Shown piece by piece: positions 40,434 through 46,421 of a DNA stretch of 64,000 nucleotides. Source of the DNA: a virus (lineage: Duplodnaviria > Heunggongvirae > Uroviricota > Caudoviricetes); the IMG/VR virus record IMGVR_UViG_3300043467_001216. One strand, 5' to 3'. The notes below the pieces were generated by a model. That model worked only from the letters and a program-made list of their open reading frames with translations, ran no database searches and was not told where the DNA came from. Made by a program: the position numbers and the translations under genes. How positions within the stretch are numbered: the first letter of the stretch is position 1; each line of letters opens with the position of its first letter.

Positions 40434-40553
40434 ATGAGAACAACTGAACAACATATTAAACAAGTAAGTCAATCGAAACAGATTCGCGTGTGTAGCGTAT
40501 CGTATCCGATGTGGTTTATCACGTCATATGGTTCAGAAAACATATTAAGTTAG
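40434..40553 (+). CDS. Leader peptide 1 (39 aa, MRTTEQHIKQVSQSKQIRVCSVSYPMWFITSYGSENILS)
   Basis: Codons 6-29 are all cognate to tRNAs of the downstream block; antiterminator near the stop. Confidence 0.8.
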   Translation: MRTTEQHIKQVSQSKQIRVCSVSYPMWFITSYGSENILS

Positions 40554-40612
40554 TTATAAACGTATAACAATTTGATAAGACCCCTGAACCAAAAGTTCGG
40601 GGGTTTTTTTTT
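40529..40612 (+). promoter_or_regulatory. Attenuator 1 (antiterminator/terminator)
   Basis: TGGTTCAG 40529-40536 complementary to CTGAACCA 40584-40591 in terminator AGACCCCTGAAC-CAAAA-GTTCGGGGG-T9. Confidence 0.8.
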
Positions 40613-40621
40613 GAAATAAAA

Positions 40622-40688
40622 TTTGGAAGTTACGAAATGAAATTCGTACCTTTGACAACAGAAAAGTTCATTGACATATTGGTTTAGA
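40622..40688 (+). promoter_or_regulatory. Bacteroidota-type promoter + boxA-like leader
   Basis: TTTG 40622, TACCTTTG 40647-40654, GTTCATTGACATATTGGTTTAGA 40666-40688. Confidence 0.75.
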
Positions 40689-40695
40689 TAAATAA

Positions 40696-40782
40696 GGAGA
40701 GTATCTGGCAGGATGAAGAGCTACTCTTGAAAAGTAGTAAGACGTGTAATGGGTCTTGTGGGTTCGAGTCCCACACTCTCCT
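40696..40782 (+). tRNA. tRNA-Ser(UGA)
   Basis: GGAGAGT/ACTCTCC acceptor, CTACT-CTTGAAA-AGTAG, long variable arm, T-arm. Confidence 0.85.
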
Positions 40783-40797
40783 CAAAAAAATAGAGTT

Positions 40798-40923
40798 ATG
40801 GTAAAAAGAGAAGTATTGACGGGAACATTTGAGTCAAGTAAAAGATTTTTAAGACAAGAGCCTAAAGAGGTTAAACTAAAATTCAGATTAATTAGAAAAT
40901 TAATCAAAAGGTTACATAAGTAA
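40798..40923 (+). CDS. Small basic protein (41 aa, MVKREVLTGTF...)
   Basis: Translated manually, between tRNAs. Confidence 0.5.
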   Translation: MVKREVLTGTFESSKRFLRQEPKEVKLKFRLIRKLIKRLHK

Positions 40924-40930
40924 CCATTAT

Positions 40931-41005
40931 TGTCCTGTAGGCGACGTTGGCAGAGCCACCACACTTTGAATGTGGATATCGCAGGTTCGATTCCTGCCGG
41001 GACAA
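40931..41005 (+). tRNA. tRNA-Gln(UUG)
   Basis: CCACA-CTTTGAA-TGTGG, full cloverleaf. Confidence 0.9.
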
Positions 41006-41088
41006 CAATAAAACAATTAGTTATTTCACGTTAAAAGATGGTCTTATAGGCTCACGAAGGCCGTGTCAACATCAATAACTAATAAATT

Positions 41089-41161
41089 GGGTCAGTTGCC
41101 AAGTTGGTCAAGGCACTTGTCTGAAGAACAAGCAATGGGGGTTCGATTCCCTCCTGTCCCA
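41089..41161 (+). tRNA. tRNA-Phe(GAA)
   Basis: CTTGT-CTGAAGA-ACAAG. Confidence 0.9.
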
Positions 41162-41241
41162 CGAGGTCCTGAATTAACAGGATACCCCCACCTCCGATAT
41201 GGCAGTCAGTCCGTTAAGCTGATGAAGTGGGGTTTTTATAT

Positions 41242-41316
41242 GGTGGCTATAGTGTTAGTGGTCGAGCACGTAAGTTTGTGGTTCTTATAGGTTGGGTTCG
41301 AATCCCAATAGTCACC
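41242..41316 (+). tRNA. tRNA-His(GUG)
   Basis: G-1:C73, TAAGT-TTGTGGT-TCTTA. Confidence 0.9.
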
Positions 41317-41572
41317 CAATTAATTTTTAAAACTTAGAAATCACAGAGACAGAAAAAACATTTATCAGTTCCGACTTAGAAAATGGTCGATGGTTATCTC
41401 CAATCGTAAGTGAAAGGAAATGGCAAGAAGAAAAATTAGTTGAGATATTCGGTCATTATCCGAACGCAAGTCCTAAATGGCTATATCTCAATGGTTTGAT
41501 ACACATTGCATTAGATTACATTAAACAAAATGAAGAAAAAATTTGACAAGTTGTAGGTTAAAAACCACAACT

Positions 41573-41770
41573 ATGAGTACAAACATCAACAGAGCAAAAC
41601 TGAACAAAGCACAAAATGGTAGAGAATACCGAAATAGATTGATAAATGACTTTTATCCAATTTATTGGGATGACGGAATTACTTTCTACGGAAACAAAAT
41701 GAGTTATCAAGTTAGAATGTATAAGACTTGGAAACACTACAGAAAAACTCAATATAAGGTAATAACCTAA
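41573..41770 (+). CDS. Small basic hypothetical protein
   Basis: MSTNINRAKL...YKTWKHYRKTQYK. Confidence 0.7.
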   Translation: MSTNINRAKLNKAQNGREYRNRLINDFYPIYWDDGITFYGNKMSYQVRMYKTWKHYRKTQYKVIT

Positions 41771-41860
41771 TAATGGGTGAATATTAGGTTAAAACCTAAT
41801 AATTGATGAATATAAGGCTGGAACCTTATAATGGTCGATTATAAGTCTCCAACCTTATTA
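41764..41860. repeat. 29-bp-period tandem palindromic repeat (3 units + partial)
   Basis: AACCTAATA-N9-TATTAGGTT-type units at 41764, 41793, 41822, 41851. Confidence 0.75.
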
Positions 41861-41863
41861 TTT

Positions 41864-41935
41864 GGTTCCTTGGTGTAATGGATAGCACCTATCGCTACGG
41901 ACGATAATGTCAAGGTTCGAGTCCTTGGGGGACTA
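41864..41935 (+). tRNA. tRNA-Arg(ACG)
   Basis: TATCG-CTACGGA-CGATA. Confidence 0.9.
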
Positions 41936-41975
41936 CGTATCCGATGTGTGATACCGAGCTAGGTCGGTGTAATTT

Positions 41976-42063
41976 GGAAGATTACCCAAGTTGGTGAAGG
42001 GGTCACATTGCTAACGTGATAGGTCTGAAATATGACGCGTGGGTTCGAGCCCCACATCTTCCG
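41976..42063 (+). tRNA. tRNA-Ser(GCU)
   Basis: TCACA-TTGCTAA-CGTGA, long variable arm. Confidence 0.9.
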
Positions 42064-42070
42064 CAGAAAC

Positions 42071-42140
42071 ACCGAGGCTTAGAGGAAAAGAACTATCTCT
42101 CATAAGGATGGTCAAGTGGGTTCGAAACCCATACTCGGTA
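42071..42140 (+). tRNA. Atypical tRNA(CAU) with shortened D region
   Basis: ACCGAG/CTCGGT, TATCT-CTCATAA-GGATG, GTGGG-TTCGAAA-CCCAT. Confidence 0.6.
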
Positions 42141-42184
42141 CAAAAAAATATTACAAAGGTATTGTGAGAATGGAAATGATTACT

Positions 42185-42230
42185 TATCTTTGTTAGACAA
42201 AAGAAAAGGTCTTTGACATATTGGTTTAGA
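42185..42230 (+). promoter_or_regulatory. Promoter + boxA-like leader
   Basis: TATCTTTG 42185-42192; GGTCTTTGACATATTGGTTTAGA 42208-42230. Confidence 0.75.
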
Positions 42231-42239
42231 AAGAAATAA

Positions 42240-42314
42240 CGGGGTGTAGTCTTGGGGTGAGACGCTTGGTTTGGGACCAAGAGGCGGCAGGTTCGACACC
42301 TGCCACCCCGACCA
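42240..42314 (+). tRNA. tRNA-Pro(UGG)
   Basis: CTTGG-TTTGGGA-CCAAG, encoded CCA. Confidence 0.92.
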
Positions 42315-42322
42315 AAAATTAA

Positions 42323-42396
42323 CGGAATGTAGCTCAGCTGGTAAGAGCATTCGCCTGATACGTGAAAGGTCGTAGGTTCGAACCCTACCATTCCGA
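42323..42396 (+). tRNA. tRNA-Ile(GAU)
   Basis: TTCGC-CTGATAC-GTGAA. Confidence 0.9.
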
Positions 42397-42522
42397 CTAC
42401 TTAATACCGAATCGGGTTTGTCAGTAAAGTGGGACCCTGCGACTATGACACTTAGGTGTAATTAGAGAAAATGACATTAAATAACCCACCACGGAAGGTG
42501 TTATCGGTGACCTTCTATTTTT

Positions 42523-42597
42523 GACTTCGTAGCTCAGTTGGTTTAGAGCAGTACACTTTTAATGTACGGGTCGTGAGTTCGATTCTCACCGGGGTCA
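42523..42597 (+). tRNA. tRNA-Lys(UUU)
   Basis: GTACA-CTTTTAA-TGTAC. Confidence 0.93.
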
Positions 42598-42605
42598 CAA
42601 TAATT

Positions 42606-42677
42606 AGCCCTTTAGCTTAAAGGTGAAGTACTTGTTTTACATACAAGATAGTGTAGGTTCGAGTCCTACAGGGGCTA
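42606..42677 (+). tRNA. tRNA-Val(UAC)
   Basis: CTTGT-TTTACAT-ACAAG. Confidence 0.9.
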
Positions 42678-42787
42678 CAAAATGTTAAGTTGGGTTTCCT
42701 AGTGGTAACGGTATGAACTATAGTAAGTAAGCCACAAGATTCTAGTAATAAGCGACAGATGGATTACTCGCGACTTAATATTTAATT

Positions 42788-42861
42788 GGACAGATGCCTG
42801 AGTGGTTTAAAGGGGTGGACTGCAAATCCACTATCCGGGGGTTCGAATCCCTCTCTGTCCT
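42788..42861 (+). tRNA. tRNA-Cys(GCA)
   Basis: GTGGA-CTGCAAA-TCCAC, U73. Confidence 0.93.
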
Positions 42862-42887
42862 CAATGAAATATATTGTTTCATTATTT

Positions 42888-42959
42888 GCATCATTGGTGT
42901 AATGGCTAGCATAAATGGTTCCAACCCATTTGGTCAGGGTTCGAGTCCTTGGTGGTGCG
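42888..42959 (+). tRNA. tRNA-Trp(CCA)
   Basis: AATGG-TTCCAAC-CCATT, G73. Confidence 0.88.
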
Positions 42960-43030
42960 CAAATATCGTAGGAGAGTTGATTAAGTTCAAACCCGCCGTT
43001 AAATTGTGAAGGACAATCTACGATATATTC

Positions 43031-43113
<83 letters not shown>

Positions 43114-43191
43114 CAATAAAAAAAAATTTAAACCAATTGTTGACACTTTTCAAAACTTTGATATATTTAATTAGTAAAGAATAACAAAATT

Positions 43192-43266
43192 ATGCAAAAC
43201 TTGAATAACATACTAATAGCGAGAACGGAGGGAGACAATCCTTGTGTATCGGAGAAGGTGTGTTAA
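43192..43266 (+). CDS. Leader peptide 2 (24 aa, MQNLNNILIARTEGDNPCVSEKVC)
   Basis: Codons 3-16 are all cognate to tRNAs of the downstream block; antiterminator just before the stop. Confidence 0.8.
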   Translation: MQNLNNILIARTEGDNPCVSEKVC

Positions 43267-43322
43267 TTCATTAAACATAAAATTTAAATGAAACCCTTCT
43301 CCAAAAGAGAGGGGTTTTTTTT
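43251..43322 (+). promoter_or_regulatory. Attenuator 2 (antiterminator/terminator)
   Basis: GGAGAAGG 43251-43258 complementary to CCTTCTCC 43295-43302 in terminator AAACCCTTCTC-CAAAA-GAGAGGGG-T8. Confidence 0.8.
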
Positions 43323-43332
43323 GTTACCTACG

Positions 43333-43404
43333 TTTGGTAAATCAAAATAAAAGCATTAGATTTGTCAGACAAAAGAAAAAAGTTCTTTGACATATTGGTT
43401 TAGA
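43333..43404 (+). promoter_or_regulatory. Promoter + boxA-like leader
   Basis: TTTG 43333, TAGATTTG 43357-43364, GTTCTTTGACATATTGGTTTAGA 43382-43404. Confidence 0.75.
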
Positions 43405-43411
43405 AGTTAAT

Positions 43412-43484
43412 ATCCTCGTGACGGAAAGGTATACGTCCTTGTCTTAGAAACAAGGTTTTGTGGGTTCGAATCCCACCGAGGATA
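43412..43484 (+). tRNA. tRNA-Leu(UAG), short variable region
   Basis: CTTGT-CTTAGAA-ACAAG; variable region only GTTTT. Confidence 0.85.
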
Positions 43485-43490
43485 CATAAT

Positions 43491-43564
43491 GGTTCAGTAG
43501 CTCAACAGGTGAGAGCAGGACGCTTATATCGTCAAGGTTGGGGGTTCAAATCCCTCCTGAACTA
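43491..43564 (+). tRNA. tRNA-Ile(UAU)
   Basis: GACG-CTTATAT-CGTC, A73. Confidence 0.8.
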
Positions 43565-43595
43565 CTGAAAAAATAAAAAATAAAAAATAAAAATT

Positions 43596-44111
43596 ATGTC
43601 AATATATAGTGTTGGTAGAAAAACTTACGGTTCTGAAAATATTAAAATTTACGAATGGGGTGAAGGTAAAACAATTAAAATAGGGTCTTTTTGTTCAATA
43701 GCAACAAATATTCAAATTTTTATTGGGGGTAATCATAGACCTGATTGGATTACAACATTCCCATTTCCACATTCGTTTAGTGTGGGTCATCCGTCATCTA
43801 ATGGTGATGTTATAATTGGTAATGATGTTTGGATTGGTGCTAATGCAACAATAATGTCAGGTGTTATTATTGGTGATGGTGCCGTTATTGCAAATAATTC
43901 TCACGTAGTAAAAAATGTTGAACCTTACACTATTGTTGGAGGTAATCCAGCTAAACCTATCCGTAAAAGATTTGATGATGAAACAATTCAAAAACTTTTA
44001 AAATTAAAATGGTGGGATTTTAATGATGATGAGATAAATAGAATAACCCCAATTTTATGTTCTAGTAATATAAACGAATTGTTTGAATTATATAAGGATA
44101 AATTACTTTAA
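43596..44111 (+). CDS. CatB/Vat-like hexapeptide-repeat acetyltransferase
   Basis: IGSFCSIA..GGNH, IGNDVWIG, IGDGAVIA, GGNPAK.IRKRF, WWD. Confidence 0.92.
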   Translation: MSIYSVGRKTYGSENIKIYEWGEGKTIKIGSFCSIATNIQIFIGGNHRPDWITTFPFPHSFSVGHPSSNGDVIIGNDVWIGANATIMSGVIIGDGAVIANNSHVVKNVEPYTIVGGNPAKPIRKRFDDETIQKLLKLKWWDFNDDEINRITPILCSSNINELFELYKDKLL

Positions 44112-44142
44112 AAAAAGTCTTGTATAATCAAAAGTAAATACT

Positions 44143-44193
44143 TAGATTTGTAAGACAAAAGAAAACAAAAGGTCTTTGACATATCGGAATAGA
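44143..44193 (+). promoter_or_regulatory. Promoter + boxA-like leader
   Basis: TAGATTTG 44143-44150; GGTCTTTGACATATCGGAATAGA 44171-44193. Confidence 0.75.
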
Positions 44194-44204
44194 AAAAATA
44201 AAAT

Positions 44205-44278
44205 GTCGCGTTAGACGAGTGGTTTAAGTCGTCACCCTTTCAAGGTGAAAATCACGGGTTCGAATCCCGTACGCGATA
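44205..44278 (+). tRNA. tRNA-Glu(UUC)
   Basis: TCACC-CTTTCAA-GGTGA. Confidence 0.92.
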
Positions 44279-44283
44279 CATAT

Positions 44284-44355
44284 CGCGGGATGGGGGAGTG
44301 GTCACCCCGCTGGGCTCATAACCCTGAGACACAGGTTCGAATCCTGTTCCCGCTA
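44284..44355 (+). tRNA. Initiator tRNA-fMet(CAU)
   Basis: C1 mismatch, GGG-CTCATAA-CCC. Confidence 0.88.
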
Positions 44356-44361
44356 CTAAAT

Positions 44362-44546
44362 AAAACAAGTGAGGACGGTGAGTAAACCCTCACTGTCTAT
44401 AAATCCCAAGACGGTACTTGATTCGCGGTAGTAAAGTTATTGAGGGTAGAATTACTATAAGTCTGGGATTAGCTACCCAAATGACGAAAATGTAATCACC
44501 GAGTAAAATTGGTTATGATGTGTAATGGTCACGAAAAACTTGTTTT
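44362..44546 (+). ncRNA. Unknown pseudoknotted structured RNA (~185 nt)
   Basis: Closing stem AAAACAAGT/ACTTGTTTT, several inner helices, GGGTAG/CTACCC pseudoknot. Confidence 0.6.
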
Positions 44547-44554
44547 TTTAAAAT

Positions 44555-44626
44555 GGTCTATTAGTGTAGTGGCTAACATACATCCCTGTCACGGATGTGC
44601 CGCGAGTTCGATTCTCGCATAGACCG
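44555..44626 (+). tRNA. tRNA-Asp(GUC)
   Basis: CATCC-CTGTCAC-GGATG, G73. Confidence 0.92.
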
Positions 44627-44847
44627 CGGGAGTGTACACAGTAGAGTTCTGTTTGAGAGAGGATTGTAACACGCACTTTAAAATGAGGTTACAAGGTATC
44701 AAACCGTTTATTCAGTTTTGACCGATAAAAACTGACGATTTTTTGAGAAATTTTAAGTCGATATAAAATTTCTTCGTGATATTAGTAGGTTTGGCCGCCT
44801 CATCACGTTAATGTGATGAAACATACCCAATGGAGTAATCACAACTT

Positions 44848-44920
44848 GCGGTAGTCGTATAATGGTTTATTATATAACCTTGCCAAGGTTAGGACGGAGG
44901 TTCGATTCCTCTCTACCGCT
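44848..44920 (+). tRNA. tRNA-Gly(GCC)
   Basis: TAACC-TTGCCAA-GGTTA, U73. Confidence 0.9.
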
Positions 44921-44970
44921 CAAAATAAAGGAGTTATAACCCTTTATATGGATGGTTCGAAACATCCGAT

Positions 44971-45042
44971 TGAGTATGGTGTACGGTGCACGGATGATGG
45001 TAATACGGATTCAAGATTAAGGTTCAATTCCTTATTATTCAG
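44971..45042 (+). pseudogene. Degenerate tRNA-like element (possibly Thr GGU)
   Basis: Acceptor, D and T arms present; anticodon stem does not pair. Confidence 0.45.
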
Positions 45043-45066
45043 CAAAGAGAAATAACACTCTTAATT

Positions 45067-45139
45067 GGTCTCTTAGTATAATGGCTTATTATTCTGGCTT
45101 TGTAACCCAGAGATAACGGTTCGAATCCGTTAGGGACCT
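45067..45139 (+). tRNA. tRNA-Thr(UGU)
   Basis: CTGGC-TTTGTAA-CCCAG. Confidence 0.88.
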
Positions 45140-45145
45140 CACAAT

Positions 45146-45217
45146 GGACTATTAGCTCAGCGGTAGAGCAATCGGCTGTTAACCGATAGGTCGTAGGTTC
45201 GAATCCTTCATGGTCCG
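45146..45217 (+). tRNA. tRNA-Asn(GUU)
   Basis: ATCGG-CTGTTAA-CCGAT, G73. Confidence 0.92.
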
Positions 45218-45276
45218 CAAAAAAGAGGAAAAACTTGTGTAGGTGCCTCAAGGGACTGCTGCCCTACTACACTCAA

Positions 45277-45356
45277 GGACCTGTGGTGAAATTGGTATAC
45301 ACGCTTTCTTTAAGCGGAAGTTCTTAGGATTGTGGGTTCGACTCCCACCAGGTTCA
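45277..45356 (+). tRNA. tRNA-Leu(UAA)
   Basis: CTTTC-TTTAAGC-GGAAG, extended variable arm. Confidence 0.88.
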
Positions 45357-45442
45357 CAATAGTGTCTCAGAACGCTCTGATAAGGTAACTTATTAACGAT
45401 GAGGTCTCGGTAGACAGAACGCGTCTGATTCTACCCAAATTA

Positions 45443-45515
45443 GCGGGTGTCGTATAGTGGATTATTATATTAGACTTCCAATTTAAAGACGAGGGTTCGA
45501 TTCCCTCCACCCGCT
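45443..45515 (+). tRNA. tRNA-Gly(UCC)
   Basis: TTAGA-CTTCCAA-TTTAA, U73. Confidence 0.9.
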
Positions 45516-45521
45516 CAAAAT

Positions 45522-45621
45522 AGACAACAAACTCTTCACCGAGGAAAACCTTTAAAACAGATTCACAACTATAAAGGTCGTTGAGTTGGGTAATAATAAA
45601 TGTGAGTATTACCTGTTGTCT
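45522..45621 (+). ncRNA. Unknown kissing-loop structured RNA (~100 nt)
   Basis: AGACAACA/TGTTGTCT closing stem; loops ATTCACA and TGTGAGT are complementary. Confidence 0.55.
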
Positions 45622-45630
45622 TTTTATTAT

Positions 45631-45706
45631 GGGGGTATCGTATAATGGCTTATTACGGTAGATTTGCAATTTACAAATCTGGTTTCGATTACCAGTACCT
45701 CCACCA
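45631..45706 (+). tRNA. tRNA-Ala(UGC)
   Basis: G3:U70, GTAGA-TTTGCAA-TTTAC, encoded CCA. Confidence 0.92.
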
Positions 45707-45712
45707 TATTTT

Positions 45713-45785
45713 GGTCCTATGATGTAACTGAATAGCATAAGCCCCTTCTAAGGGTTTCGTTGGGGTTTGAATCCCTGTAGGACTA
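45713..45785 (+). tRNA. tRNA-Arg(UCU)
   Basis: AGCCC-CTTCTAA-GGGTT. Confidence 0.88.
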
Positions 45786-46145
45786 CTCGTTGTGATGACG
45801 GATACGATGACAATTTGAACAAAGTAAATCACATTTATCAAGTTCTTTAATTATTTTATCCCAAGAACGTTTTCGTAAGTGAGTCCATTCAACATCTTTT
45901 TGTGATGGGTCACGATGATGAAAATCAAAAATAACATATGGTGATTTAGGGTATGAATTAGAACAATCTAAACATTTACCACCTTTATACTCAATAGCTT
46001 TTATTTTTGTTTTAATCCAACGTTCAGAACAATATTTATTGAAGCAGACTTTACATTTTGATTGTTTTGAAGGTCTATCGTTTTGTTGATAGAATTCAGT
46101 TACTGATTTTTCTTCATTACACGAAGTACAAATTTTAGTTTCCAT
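45783..46145 (-). CDS. Free-standing HNH homing-endonuclease-like protein (start METKIC)
   Basis: CxxC pairs, FDFHHRDP, CDLLCSNCHRIRH; TATTTAT upstream. Confidence 0.88.
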   Translation of the reverse strand: METKICTSCNEEKSVTEFYQQNDRPSKQSKCKVCFNKYCSERWIKTKIKAIEYKGGKCLDCSNSYPKSPYVIFDFHHRDPSQKDVEWTHLRKRSWDKIIKELDKCDLLCSNCHRIRHHNE

Positions 46146-46191
46146 AACAATAAATATGTGGATAGTATCAAAAAGACTAATTCCATAATCA

Positions 46192-46213
46192 GGGTTTGAA
46201 TCCCTGTGGGGCA
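46192..46213 (+). repeat. Duplicated tRNA 3' end (T-arm remnant)
   Basis: GGGTTTGAATCCCTGT identical to 45763-45778 of tRNA-Arg(UCU). Confidence 0.75.
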
Positions 46214-46217
46214 ACAA

Positions 46218-46419
46218 TGAGTTCGAGAAACTCAATGGGTTTTTAAGAGTCCCTCAAAACTTAACGGAACTGATACCATCCACGTTACGGGGTATTCATT
46301 GGGAATCGGAAGGAAGACTCTCCTATCCCCCAAGTAAGAGTTGATTTTTAAGCGGTAAGACGCGTTGGGTTTTGCATAAGAAAACTGTGAATATCTACTC
46401 TCCGTAATCTCAGGAGGGG
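46218..46419 (+). ncRNA. Unknown structured RNA (~200 nt) ending in a UAAUCUCA-loop hairpin
   Basis: Multiple hairpins; TAATCTCAG shared with the 3' end of the large ncRNA at 57914. Confidence 0.5.
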
Positions 46420-46421
46420 TT

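Noticed and set aside
41219-41225. Hammerhead ribozyme (CTGATGA)
   Set aside because: No stem II followed by GAAA or cleavage-site stem; likewise for the similar motifs near 44812 and 45377
40501-41948. 13-nt direct repeat CGTATCCGATGTG (40501 and 41936)
   Set aside because: One 13-mer match within several kb is plausible by chance; no supporting structure
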